Assembly (NCBI GenBank): GCA_963924565.1
Contig: OZ004614.1
Location: 20,274,001-20,338,000 of the forward strand
DNA: 64,000 bases
Direction of reading: 5' to 3'
Source: Ascidiella aspersa
Lineage: Eukaryota
Made by a program: the position numbers and the translations under genes. The notes beneath the pieces are model-generated. The model worked only from the letters and a program-made list of their open reading frames with translations, was not told the origin of the DNA and searched no databases. Positions 12,288 to 26,100 of this stretch are shown here, piece by piece (the stretch's first letter is position 1; the number at the start of each line of letters is the position of its first letter).

Positions 12288-15200
12288 TTCTGTACCTTCG
12301 CGTCCCCCCATTGGGTTTATGAAGCTTGGACCAGGCCCCTCGTATTAGTCATCACCTACCATTTGTTGCCTATTTTGTTAGCGGCTCCGACGATTTTCAG
12401 ATGGTCTTGGTCGTTTGGTCGAATTTGGCGCCTCGCGAAAATGTCACGTATAGCTTCTAAAGTCGTAATTCGGGCGCCTTTTTGATGTTAAATGTCAGTC
12501 TTTCCTAAAAGTGGTAAACAGATATTCTTGGAAAGGAAGTGTGCGGTGCCACGAAAAGCTACACGCCCACTCAAAAATATTGCCATCCATTTGTGTTACG
12601 TGAAAATTTTGTTGCCTTTTATTTTGCGTGGCAGTCAATAAAGCTTGTTTGCGTTTTCTGATAAAAGCGTCCAGATAACAGCAGAGTCAAAAAAGTGACA
12701 CCGTCTTTCCGCCGCGGAATCAAGCCATCTTGACCCACTTCCTTCATTATAGCGTTTTGCCAATAGCCAAGACTGTCAGTTTTCCAAAAGTCCAGCACTC
12801 AAAACCAACGTTTGCAAGCTCATGAAAAAGTGGTTTAACTTGTATTTTTCGTGGTACGCTTTATTCGCTCGCCCAGGTTAAGTCGCTCGGTACACACAGG
12901 TTTGGGATTGGGATACTTACCGTAATACTTTTCTGGATGCTTATAAAATTAGGTAAACAGGTTTTCGTAATTTCCTTAACTTGTCAAATTCTATTTTTTT
13001 ACTTATTAAAGGTTTAACATGGTTGATCGAAAAAGTTGTATTGCTAGAATGGAGTAAGTTATGTTGTTGCGGCGGTCACAAATGGGACATGTAAATTACC
13101 AGTCCAGTTTTGTTTAAGGAAGCCCTATATAGGCTCAACCAGCAGTGAGAACCCTAGGCCGAACCGACGATGTTCAGTAAAACCAAGTGAAACTCACTTC
13201 AAAGTTAAAACAGACGAATTTGCACGTGACTCATTTTTCGTCCGAAAAAGATGATATTTTACACAAAACCCTTGATGGCACAGAAAAAAAACACGGAATG
13301 CGTTATGCCGAAAGTCTCTGCTGCAGGCCAGTAAACAACACCGAAAAAGACCTGCTGCTGTACCCTCAAGCATAAGCGGGCGTTTTATTTTAAGGTCAGG
13401 CAGCGTCAACGAGCTTATATATCGCAGGTTGAGGTCTATTTACAGGCGACGTCGAATGAGTAATCTAATTGCCACGTGAGCCTAAGGCTTGCGTTTACGC
13501 ACTCTACAGCGTCACAACTTTGCTCCAACGTCAGAACTATATTATAGGGTACAATCTTTAGATCAAGTGTTTATTTTTCAACGTATTATGACAACGTACA
13601 ATGCCCGATTTTTCTTTACCTATTTTCTTTAACGCGTTTAACGAACAACCATGAGTTTCCCTGCTATTTTAATGAACAGCGTGCTATTTAAGATCAACTT
13701 TCATAAGTAATGGAAAGCTAGAACCATGCAACATTTCATCAAATATTTGCAATTAGCACTTGAGACCACAACCATGTTGTGATACAATCCTTATAGCATT
13801 AGAAACCAAATTCGTTTGACACAATAAATAGATTTGCTGTATAGGAATGTCTGATTATATCGGATTGGAGCCGATACCCAAGTAATAGCGTATGTACTCG
13901 TACTAGGGGAATATCTGTCCCGATCTAATACCAAATTGATTTGTGCATTTCTGCCATGTTTTGCAATATAATTTAGCTATTCTATTTAACATGGTAAATT
14001 GGGAAAAAAAACATTAGAAGTTTGACAACTCGAAGTAACTAAACTTGTTGGCGCTCAACATTTTGGTCTAACAACAGCACAAACATATCTTTGATTGTTT
14101 CAACTTTATCTAGTTTGCTTGTTTTGGCATAGTATTGATGTAGTTTTGTATCTATAGTCGATTCGCGATATTTTGTCCTTTAAATATGGTAAATCGGTAT
14201 CAGAATAAATATCGCACACCGTTATTGCTGTATATATAGATTTGGTAACTCTATATTTGTTCCTAATATTTGTTCGAATTGCATTTTTCAAAACTAAAAT
14301 TAAATTGTCTTCATAAACTTATTGGTTACCAGCCAAGGCCATTATTATTTGTAGAGAGATTCAGCATTAAAATTAGCTTTAATATTAGTATCTTTGCCAA
14401 TCTTGTAGTTGATAAATGTAATAAAATCTACCTTAAAAAATTGGTCATGAGTAAGCAAGATAATGGTTCAAAGTGGTACGACCAGAATGACAACCTGTTA
14501 CCAGAGTGACAACCTGTTATTTTTTTTTCACTACTTTATCGCCGAAATAGGCTAAACGCCGCCTTGAGTTATGAATGTTCGCGAGTAAAAATCCCTTTTC
14601 GTATCCAGCAGCGTCACCTAATCCCTGCGGTCGTGTAGTAAGGTGCCACTATGTTCCAGTCCCGGCGTTTTGCGAACTACCCGTAGCGCTTCCCGCTTTG
14701 CACTACAGCCAACTGTCGTAGTTCGTCACCACAAGATCTCCACGTATATCGACATGGAATCCATTAGATCTTATCGTTTTATCGAGTTAAGCGACGACGG
14801 TTTCTGTTAAACATAACGTAACGAAAGCGCCTTTATACTAAGAAAATGGAATCTGAACAATTGATGTTAATGGTATAGCGGACTTTTTCTACATGTGTTT
14901 TTTAAGTTTCAGGTAAAATACGATTTTTTCGCGAAAATCTTATTTGAAAGGTGCTACACTATTAAACACACGCATTACAAAAGCAAAATAGGTCCCAAAC
15001 AGACTACAAAAGTAAATAATGTATAGTATAAATCGTTTTAGGTTGATTGCCATATGCCAACAGCAAAAGCAGTTCTCAGCGTTTCTATTTCAATTGCCGT
15101 TTGGCATTTCACTCTTTCACATATTTTCTTCTGGCATTCCTCGAGAAGGTATGTCCACTTCGCATTTCTCCGGAAAAAGCGTCTGGAATTTCCGTTTGAG

Positions 15201-18200
15201 CGATTTCCCTTACTTCGATAAACTGTGGGGATGTGCACCTGGCAGGCTATTATTAACCACCATTGTTAAACATTGTCGAGCATTGTCGTTTCATAATCGA
15301 AAGGCGAATATTGGAACGCGTCGATTGTTGAGCGATTCACCCTTGTCCGGTCACAATGGAATCTATTTGCGTTAAGAGATCCCAAAATGGACTTCGAGTG
15401 CTGTTTATACGAGCGACATATTTAAGGGTACTGGACACGAAAGCGATTAATAATGGGTTGTATTTATCGCCGGTTCGAATTTGTTTCACGATGAGTAATC
15501 TTTAAGATGCACAATCATTTCGTTTTAATAAAACTTGCGTGTAATTGGCTAGAAAGTCAAACCTAAATTTACCGGAAAATGCGGAAAAACTGGTTTTATA
15601 GGTCAATATGGTTTAATGGGATCATTAATTAGGAATAATTTACAAAACAGAGTCTTGATGATTTAAACTATATTTCTCATATACTGCTTTGCAATGGTTG
15701 GACCTTTAGGCTGAAATATAATAACTAATTAGACGCATATATATTTGGTAATTATCGCTATTTGAACTGCAAAAAAAAAAAAAAACTAAAAAGTTCACCA
15801 TATTTCAAAAAATACGAAAACGTTGGTTAAAATAACAAAGCGATTGGTGTTAGTTTGTTAGAATTCTATATATATCTAACGGATTGATTCATCAAGGATC
15901 GCTTGTGATATGTTTACTTGGCAAGCGTTAGGCTACTATCGTTATACATACGCCCAGAAAGCGATTAAAAAAACTTTCACCCGCAATCGGATACATCCGC
16001 TTTTTCTTCGCCGCCTTTTCCATTGATCGCACTTTACATGCTCGTCATAAAGGCGACATGTGTGACATCACAAAGGGCCAGTGTTGACACTTACAAGTGG
16101 CCAGCATAAAGGCCCAAACAACCTGTATTGTGAAGGGACAGGTTTAATCCAGAATTAAGCGGCGACTGTTGAGGGGCCGAGGTGTTTGGGGACTTTCTCG
16201 ATACTCGCCGCAAATGAAACGCAAACAAACCACCTTTGTGAAGGGATAGAAGAGATTTGGCCAACTCTTTTCCGAATGAAGTTGGAAAGTATAGGGTCAC
16301 GTTAGGAGAAGAGGAAAAACCTGAGGATTTTTCGGTTTATTCCAAAAATTACGAGACATCTGTGAAATTGTTTTGCCGTTTCAACTTGCCAGCAGTTGTT
16401 TTTGTTCGGAATCCTGCTCTTTTAACAAAGCACCGTGTTTTAAGGCTGGGTTATCCAAAGTCAGGTCATCGGTAATATTTTATCGTGGCGTCTTTTTTAT
16501 TGTCTGCGAAACGTTGTTTAATTCACGCATCGCCAATATTTATTCTGTTTGCGTCCAATTAGACTAATTCAATCAAGGATGAGTTGTCTAAGAAGAGCAA
16601 AAACATTTTAATTGTTTGGGCATGGTTTTAAAATGTAATGTTAAAATATTAATTAAACTTTTTACGTTTCCTAGCCCTCATGCAACCTACTGTATGTGGC
16701 CCGCGAACAACACGCAAACTATTTTATTGCCCGCGAAGATGGCAATCTTTGACCACCCTGTTTATCGGTTGTAGCGCTTAGAGAAAAAAATTGCGGTATA
16801 TAATAACCTTTCGCAAACGAGCTTTCGTCGTTGCTCCACCGGTTTCCAGCCAATGCGAAAACAACAAAACCCGTCCAAAGTGCTCTCGCGATTAATAAGA
16901 GCGGTCCTCCGCCCTTTCCCGCTCGCTGTCAAGTTGCTTCGGTGAAAGGCTGATGGAGGGGCACCTGATATGATAATTGTTGACATAATTCCCCGGGGTG
17001 CGCGTAACGCCTGGGGGGTAGGGGGGTGGCGAGACGTGCTGGTGCATTTCGAGTGCCCTCCTTCGCATTCGTTTCTATTCCTGTAATCTCTGTCCTTTGT
17101 CCTTTACACAGCTCCTCGGGCGATATAGGGGCGACAATCTGATAAGGGCATTCCAAGGATTCCAGCTTTTCCAGCAGTGCGCCTATACGCGCTGTGCCCA
17201 TTGCTAACCGGTCTTACTTATCTTGAGCTAACTGCCTAAGGAGCCTATCTCGGTGTGCCATGTGCTGCGACATTGCTTATCTTGTAATGTCTCGCCGCTT
17301 ACAGTCGAAGTCCCCAAAGAGCCTATTACAGGTCATACCTCCACCGTATATTTAATCAAATATTTTACACATAAGTCAGGTTCTTTGTTTCGATTTTCAG
17401 GTATGCGCTTATCACATCTTTTCCTAAAATGGTTGACCTTTTTACAAAGAAAAAACGTAACCACCAACAAAGTTTGACGCGGAATTCCTTGTTTCCATAA
17501 ATTATAGGTTAAACTGTCGGCGGCTTACAGCTAGTCATGCTTTTTAAGTATAAACGTCCTCCCCAATTTGCTCCAAAATCCTTACAAGGTCACCGGGGTG
17601 TGCAGTTCCCCGCCTGGGCATCTGACGACTGCCAACCGCGATATTTCAAGTGCCTGTTTGTGTTATTACACCCCATACAGGGGGAGGGGTAGAAGTGAGT
17701 ATAAGAGGCAGCTTTCGGTTCGGAATTTTGAACAGGAAATTCCGACGTCGCGGCAATAATACGCAGTGCCACGAAATTCAGACGTCGGTATTTCCGCGAC
17801 GACCTTACAAAACCTATCAGCCGCTCATGGCTTGGCTCTATGTGTTTACCCATAACAGTGACGGACGGCGTCGGTTAGCATATTTAGGAACGTGTGTTAC
17901 GGCAACATAACCCATGGCGCGTTTTTCTTTCTGCTGCGGGCGGGTAATTCAAGATGTCGGCACCCTGCCATGTAGTTTATCTCACAAAACATACCCTTTG
18001 ACGTTTGGTAAAAAAATGCCTATACTGTTACACAAATCGTTGATACTGGTCCAACAGACATTCGGCCTGTATAGAAAGCAGTTATGCCAGACAAACACCT
18101 TCGCCAAGCGTATCTCATGAAGAACCCATACAACTGGGGTCCACTTGCCCCAAATAGATTTTGTAATAAATAAAGTTCTCAATTTCGGTCTAACGATATA

Positions 18201-18485
18201 CACCGATTTTATTTTAAATTGTACTCTCTTTCCTTCTAATGTGTTCCAATTACCTTGTCGACCTGGCGCATTTTCGACAATTAAACTTCCAAGTTTATTG
18301 GTTTTCGTAACGCTTTGTCGCTGTCTGATTTATTTGGTAGTAATTGAGTTTATCAAAATTTTACCGGTATCGCGAGAATAATTTTGAAAGATTATATTAA
18401 ACATGATTCATGTAATTTAGATTACTACAGTTAACCGATTTGGACCATTTAACTGTTCTGCACGCCTGACACTTTTCTTCTAAGG

Positions 18486-18822
18486 CAGGGATTCTTAAAC
18501 TTTTTTTACCGTCGACCCGTAATTTGTTTTTGTTTGCGTGGACCACGGTGAACGAGTAATTTTCAAAAACATCACGTATTTAATTTGCAATACAAATAGA
18601 CTTTCAGAAATATGCTGATGATTTAGGTAAAATGGAGTCTAAATAAATTCAGAGCAAAAACGTTTTATTTTTCTAATTAAACTCTTTTCTTTAAAAATTT
18701 GTTTATGTCTTAAACATACACCAACCTAAACATACACTAGTCTCAATTTGGCCTTCAGGGACCCCGTAAAATTAGTTCACGGACCCTCAAGGGGTCCATG
18801 GACCCCGGTTTAAGAACCCCTG
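18486..18822. mobile_element. hAT-type MITE (family A)
   Basis: TIR cagggattcttaaac / gtttaagaacccctg; perfect TSD ttctaagg; subterminal palindrome ggggtccatggacccc. Confidence 0.9.
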
Positions 18823-20956
18823 TTCTAAGGTCTGCTTTACGCTGCATAAGTGTGCAATGTTGCTACTTTGACGCCGTGAAGTCTCGGATTTCAACGACCA
18901 CCACCCGTTACAAGTTTACAATCACCCACTGGCGTGTTATTTAAATGGAAAGGCAGCATTGCAATCACTAAACTAAATTGTTTTCCAAGAAACTTACACT
19001 CACGCACGCGAATTTGACATATTCTTTGCAGCTGTGATGACTTATTCGCTACACAGCTGTGGACATATTGATATGAACTCATTAACAAAACCTTGTTCGA
19101 CATCCAACTTGTGGAAATATTCCAGCTCCGTAAATAGAACGACCTAAATGTAAACGTTTAAGCGACGTGGTGACATAAGAGCAGTGGTTGTCAAACTTTT
19201 CCTTACTGTGATTCACTGGGAAAATAAACAAATCCACCCGCACTTTCTGCAAAACAAATTCTATTCTTCTACGCGGTAAAGACTAGGTATAAGTAAGGAT
19301 TGTAAGTTATATAATGGTTATAGGAAAAGCATCGCGCATGCTTAACTGCATCCCAATTCCAATACGAATATGCTGTTGTCAAAAATTAGAAAAATGTCCT
19401 GACAGTTTAAGGACCCCTATTTTAAAGTTTAATTTAGCTTCAAAACGGGTGCAAGACAAACTGGTCGCATCATATATTGCATGCTCAAAAATATTAATAT
19501 AATCAATAATTTAACATGAAAAACTCAAAGGCAAAGGCGTAAACCAAAGTGCAGCATCGCGTAATGAGTTTGGCTTAGAAAACGGGGCTAACAAGGCGAC
19601 CCTCTGTTTGTTGTATTATGTTTCCTGAATTCTTTTCTCTATCTTTACCAAACAAGGTTTTGTTTGTGCTTTGCGTCCATGAGCAACAAGATCACATTCA
19701 GCGTAAACAAAAGTGCGGCAAAATTCTTCAAAGAGGGGGGCAAATGAACTCGGGTCCAATGGGTCACATGCGCCTTTCCCCGTTGTGAGCTCACAATTGT
19801 TGTCTTGTGACGTCACAACAACACGTCTCTCGGATGGATTGCCTACCTATCCAGATAGCGGGACTGTTGTTTCGACGAAAAAATAGCGTATTGTAGCGCG
19901 ACTTCGATTGTTCGGTCGCGCGCTTCCGGCGACAATGAAGTTGCAGAACACGCGGGCATTGTTGGGTGTGCGGGGGGTTATGGCACGCGGCGCGAAACAC
20001 GTACAGCGCGCGAAATCGAAGCCCTGGCCCCGCCTCACGACACAGCCGGTCCCCGAGCGCCGTCCGTCCAAGCAACAGAACAGCTATAGCGTGAGGAGCA
20101 ATTAGTAACCGCGCACTTACGGAAAAGGTCGAAGAATGGATTTCTCCGGGGTAAAACAAGCCGTCCAGTCGCGCGTCATTTCGACTAGGGAAGACGAGGG
20201 TCCTACACCGTCCCAGGAGTATTCGGTGACCGGCCGCAATTGTTTCGCGGCCGTGTGGATTCTAGAGTTTCGCGGCCGCGACATTGTTTGCGCATACTCG
20301 CCCGAAAGGAAGGGCGCTGCTGCTGTTTTACCGCGCGCCTCTTTTGCCTTGCTCAGTCCGGGGATGATTAGAGGTTTATTGTGTTACACAGTGGTGACGG
20401 CGCGTGAAGCCAAAATAGCTTTCCTGTACACAATGCTGATCGGCGGACAAGCGCAATCGCCGTGTTGATTGCTTGTCGGGCTTGTTTTGTTTGTACAAGT
20501 AATCAAGTGCTGCCTCTGACAAACATTAGACGCCCGTTCCACAAAAGTAAGTGCGTCCATCGTGACAGAATCCGATCGCACAACTTAGCGGTCTACTGCA
20601 TTATACTGCTGTCCGAAAACGCTAAAGATCGATTTCTGATGAAAAACAGCGCGTTGATTGATCGACTGTTTTTTATTTGTTATTTAGAAGCGTTTTGTCT
20701 ATAAAATTGCCAAGTTTTTTTCAAACTTGTTGATCAAATTGTATACACTTTTTTAAATCTCAACCAATCTATTTTTTTCAATTCAACATTGTGTTTTTCG
20801 TTTGTAAAGGCTGTTACAAAACAGAAATCTTATTGGATTCTTTGTGTTTTTACTTTGGTTTTACTCTTGTATCTGCCTGTTATGTTGGATCTAACCCTGC
20901 TTTTGCTTTCAGCGGTCTTATAAAGGCACGACTTTGAACTTCTTTCCGACAAAAAC

Positions 20957-20962
20957 TTTATT
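20957..20962 (-). other. Candidate CCN polyadenylation signal AATAAA (alternatives at 22195-22200 and 20672-20677)
   Basis: AATAAA on the minus strand at the end of an AU-rich, TGTA/TATA-rich stretch typical of a distal 3' UTR; implies a ~1.9-kb UTR. Not verified by transcript data. Confidence 0.45.
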
Positions 20963-22854
20963 TTGCAACGAAATCTCGGGTTTACGTTTGAATACAAAAA
21001 TATCGCACACTCTGAAATAATGAAGTCTGAAGTACAAATGGTTTAAATATAGAAAGAACAAAAAAACAAGAACAAGGACATGAAAAACCGACAGTTCATA
21101 TGAAAAGGGTACATTTCCGAAAACGGTTGTGTATATAACGGTATGATACTGACACGAATTTCGTTGAGAGTTGAATAGCGGCTGTTGTTTTAGGCATGAA
21201 CTTCATTGTATATATATATATGGCAAATTTAAATCTAAACAATTCACGCATTGGAAAACCATTACTACCGAAAAATACGGTTTAAACTTAAACGAAAAGT
21301 TTCTACTAGGGCTAAAAGACATCTTCGTGGAAACAAAGACGTTTGTTTGACAAGGAACTGGCGGCCATAGCAAGTACAGTCGGCAGTTCCGAGCCGGGTC
21401 GACATTTTTAGCGCAAGGGCAGGTCACTATTGCGACTGCCTATATAGTTAGTACATCGTCGTCAGTGGCAAAGGAGGGGCACAGTTCTACATCTAAGACA
21501 CACGCGCAAAAAACACACACACACACAGAAAAAAGGTCACCTTGTTAGCAAGACCTGAAGGCCGATTTGGCCCAAGCCTTTAACCGGTGTTGTCACAGAA
21601 ACACGACTTTCACTCAATAAAATAGTAGATACGCAAGAAAAAGGGGCAATACGGCAAATGCTGAAAACAACATTAGTTGCGGGGGAAATATCCGATCAAT
21701 GACGTACGACCGCCAAAAAATATTTACGAAAATTTTAATTTCAATGGTTTCATGTGGTTTTTCAGTTTCGCCTTTCGAACTGCCGAGCGTTTCGGTTCGC
21801 AGAGCAACGAATTAGCGACCGCGGTCAAAACCTTTTGCCCGAGAGAGAGCGAGTTGTTTATGGCCGACAGGCGCCGAAAGCTGTTCAGGCGAGGAGTTAT
21901 TGGAAACGCTCGCCCGGCTTGGCTCGGCGGCGAGACGGCGCAGGTCAACGCGGTAGACGCCGTAAACAGGCGAAACGGCAGGGCTGCTAAGGTCTTCGCA
22001 CGCAGGTCGAATACCTGATAAATAGCGCATCACTCTTAGCCGCGGGTGCGGGTGCCAGCAAGCTGTTTTACAGCTCGGGGAGCCATAATAACACGTCTGA
22101 CTCGCCAAGGCCGCGCCGCTTAGATGCCTGGTGTGATTTGCGCCTGACAGGCCGCCAAGGGAAGCTATAACAGATCGGCGCATACCGGGTTTGTTTTATT
22201 GTCGACCCGTTGTGGTTCGGTCGCATTCTTGGCGGTTAAATGGCGGCTTTTAAACTCTCGCGCTCGGCTTGGTGGCAGTTAATCAACAGGACGACGTCTA
22301 ATTGCGGCTTTGGCGAACGCTAAGTCTCGACGCGACACAAGATCGGATTCGAGTGGTTTAAAACAAAATTTCCGAGCGACTTTTAAGGTCTTTGGGCGGG
22401 ATTGGTCATTTCGACGAAAAAGGTGAAAACTGTGGCGGGATTTTCGCCGCGAAACAGGTTTGTGTTGTGTCGATAGCAACAGGTGAAAGCGGACTGGTTT
22501 CCAGCGCGTGTAGCATGTTCGCTCACACACAGCATACACACACGGGAACATAAGTGTTTTGGGCGCGATTTGCCCAGAAATCGGCCTTTTTGTTGTTTCC
22601 TCGCTAATTCGAGTCTTAAAGATTTCAACCCATCAGGTTGTCGTTGAGGCGCCGGGGGGCGCTGTATCCATTGCACATTGAGATCACTTACAGTGGACTA
22701 AGTCGGGGCCCTTTGCAGGGCGGCGCGCGGCTCATGTGGTTCCACTTTGGATCAACCCAGGTGACATATCCTCAAGTCACTTATTCTACTCCTCATTCGA
22801 GCGGCAGTTGGCAGCAAATCGCTTGCAGCGATGCGGTGGTTGGGAACAGCCGTC

Positions 22855-23151
22855 CTACGACTGCCAGGTGTCCTTTCCCATCTGCCTGTAGTTGTGGAAG
22901 ATGTCGTTGTGCGATTCGGCGCACTTCTGGTTGCACTGGCACGACTTGACCATCATCATTCGCTTCTTAAAGCGATAGCCGTTGTCGCAGGTGAAGGCGA
23001 CTGCCTTGGTGACAGTGCGCTTGGGCACACAGCAGCGTCCGTCCTTGCACGAGCCACAATACTTGGGCGAGTAGACGCGGCTGTGGCAGCCGGAGAAGGC
23101 GAACCTGACTCGGCGTTTGGGCTTCATGGTGCGAACACAGCGCTTGCCCTT
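22855..23151 (-). CDS. CCN2: CCN exon 6 (C-terminal cystine knot), stop TAG
   Basis: Acceptor ttcgcag; KGKRCVRT...[25 protein letters not shown]...FTCDNG...[13 protein letters not shown]...TWQS*. Confidence 0.97.
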   Translation of the reverse strand, partial: KGKRCVRTMKPKRRVRFAFSGCHSRVYSPKYCGSCKDGRCCVPKRTVTKAVAFTCDNGYRFKKRMMMVKSCQCNQKCAESHNDIFHNYRQMGKDTWQS

Positions 23152-26100
23152 CTGCGAAAAGAACAAGAGAAATCGTTTAGTAAGCTGTTAGGCGTGTTTA
23201 GGCGGTTAGCTTGAAAAGTCATGAAGTCACCGCAAGGTGTTTTTACGTTTTTTTAGATTACTAATATAAGCTTTGATGTCACACTTTTAACGAAGCTAAT
23301 AAAGCTTAAAATCAAACTATCCCTCTCTCAGCTTACCTTGATGTGAGAAGTAGGGTCGACGTTGCAGGGGCGCAACTGGCAGAGTCGCTTCTCCTTGCGC
23401 AGTTTGCAGCCCTTGTTGTCGTTGGTCACTCTCTCGGACACCCCCCAGCCACATGTGGTCGTGCAGGATGACCACTCGGTGGTCTGGACTGGACAGCCCT
23501 CGCGGAACTCGACTTGGATGGGTCGGTCGACTTTGGCTGCAAACGAGAAGAGAAATAGGGTTTAATTGATGTGTATAGAAACTTGTAGTTGAACAAAATG
23601 CAGAAAAAATGATTAAATTGATGTGTCGAAACTTGTGCTTGAAAAATGCATTCAACGCCGGATTTGGTTTGCGCAAGATTTCAACAGACTTGCGTAAACG
23701 CACGTGTTCTGAAGGAGAGTTTCGAAAACGTTCTAGCGCTTACACTCTCTAGCCTCCTAGTTAAGCCGCTGGCCAAATCCGTGCCGAAAAGTCGCCCGAA
23801 CGGTCGAAGCGAAGCGGCGCGCGTTTTTTTCCACCTGCGTCTGGCTGGCTTATCGCGCAGCGCCCGCAGGCCCATATAAGGCAATAAGCGGGCCGCATAC
23901 CGCACAAGGCAAGCGCAAGTATTTTTAGTCGCCGCCGCGCACGCGACCTGCCGACTTGGTCGAGAGTTATTTAGCGCTTTGCCTTTCGAGAAAGTCCACT
24001 TCGCAAGGCGGTCACGGCGCTCTTGCCCCAAGATACTGTTGTTGTTTTTATTTTTATAACAGGCCCGACATTTTTTCGCCACACTGCGACACGCTATCGT
24101 CTAATCCTCAAAATCCGTTATGTCATTTAAATTTACCTATCTATACAAGTTTTGCAAAACTTGTTTTCTTTTTGAGTGACATTTGGGTTCCAGTTGTGTT
24201 TCGTCGCGCTCGTTTTACTTCCGCGCTCCAAAGCACTCACCCAATGGGTGTGGCGGGGGTTCGGTGAGCCCTGGGGGTGACCCCGCCGTTTCCGGGGGGT
24301 CACGCGAAAGGATCCCGCACTGTAAAGTTTGGAGAAGCGCGACCGACCCTTGGAAATCGTTTTTGCACGCGGAGGAATCCATTGAAAACGCTAATAAACC
24401 GCCTCCAAAAATTGCGCATTTAAAACCCAAGAGAATTCAAAACTCAAACGAATTTAAAACTCAAGCTCTACGGTTTCTGACAGGATCTCGGAAACCCCCA
24501 AATACGTAAAAGCCCCCGAAAGAAACTAGGAACGCTCGGAATGCAGAGGGGCGACGATAGCGTGTGCGACACTTGCCTGCTGTCTCTACCGACCATCGAC
24601 AGCAGCAGCAAGCGAGCACACACGAGTTATGATAACCCCGGGCACCCGCAGCAGCAACCCTTGTTTGACGAAGGGCACTGACGGAGCGTCGCTTCGCACG
24701 ACAGCCCGACTTATTATCGGGGTGCTGCTGCTGGTGTTGTTTGGGGCCTTTACAAATCGACGAGCGGCGACGACGGAGCGGCGATGAACCGAGGATAAGA
24801 TTGTGGCCGCGGGCGAGGGTCGGCGAGGTTTGTTTACGCGTCCGCGCGACCCCTTTGTTTGCTTTGCCCTCCGTGCAGAAGCGAGCGGACTGCTGTTTAA
24901 CCGCGCGGTTTGCGAATTTTTAATAATATGTTTTTTGTTGTTTTTTTTTTGCGAAAGACGCCGCTGCGGAACAAGGCGTTTATACCAAGCACATTGAAGT
25001 CAATTTTTTTTTTTAGTTTTTTTTTATTTGAAGGATTCTTTTGTTTTTAAGACAAACAAATTATATGCTCACCGGGTAGAATGTTGGACTCGTGTCGGAT
25101 CGGTCTTCCGGTGGGGAACTTTCCCTGGGTGGCGCCGCCGTTCTTGCTGCGGCCCCCGGGGCATACCCACTCGGGGCAGCATTGTCCCGGCTTGGTCACC
25201 AGTCGTGGGTGCTTGCAGTGCTGCAAAGGAAACGACAACACGCGTTAAAAGTGCGCTCTATCGGTCAGTCGGTTTTAATGCTGCGTTTGAATGGACGCCG
25301 AAAAGGTAAGTTGGCGATTCATCGCGTCTGACCAGCGGAAAATGGTGTCATGTCGGCCATTTGGACCGTTCTGGCCGGTTATTTACAGTTGGCTCCTACG
25401 GGAAACGCTTGTCAGTTTGAGCACAAGCAGTTCATAATAGCATTTTCGTCTATTTTAGGCGCCCAAGCGTCCTTACAACGCCCTTCAATGCAATGTTGTA
25501 TAGGACGTCGAAACGTCGATTGATTATATTAAAACTGCTGGATGAGCAACACTCGGTTATACATTACGCATGGGCAGCAATAGCTTATTTCAGTGTTGTG
25601 TTACTTGAAATCGAAATTGTGTGCTTACCTTGGGTGGCAGTGCTGAGATGGAGATTGGGCATTTGGGCTGGCAGCCGATGTTTCCGTCGATACAGAGACA
25701 GGTGGCCTTACAGCCGAGGTCAAAGGTCTCGCCGTTGGCGTAGGTCTTGCTGTTTGAGAAGCAGGCGCGTCCCGGTTTCGCTGTAACGAAGATCGTGGAA
25801 TTCGTGAATTTCGTGTTCGGGCCGCGCGCGGACAAAAGCAGCGGGTGTCAAAAAGCTGTGTTTCCGCTCTCCGGCCACAATAGGGCCGTCGCGCGAACCG
25901 TTTTAAAGGCCCCAAGGATTGTCGACGGGCTTCTAGACTTTCACCCCGTCGTCTACGTCACAATAAGCGCCATTGTTTCAAGCCCCCGAGTCGCGAGATG
26001 GCATGCGCGCGCGCTCGGCACCGCTCTGTTGACTTAGATGCAACCCGAGAGCCAGAATCACTTGTGAGTCTTTTCACCGCGCTACGCTCGTAACGCGAGA

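Noticed and set aside
22786-22854. Possible stop-codon readthrough extension of CCN (22 codons with 3 Cys after TAG)
   Set aside because: TAG-G is not a leaky context, and the protein already ends where CCN homologues end.
22831-23214. 127-aa plus-strand ORF
   Set aside because: Antisense shadow of the GC-rich CCN last exon; no independent motif.
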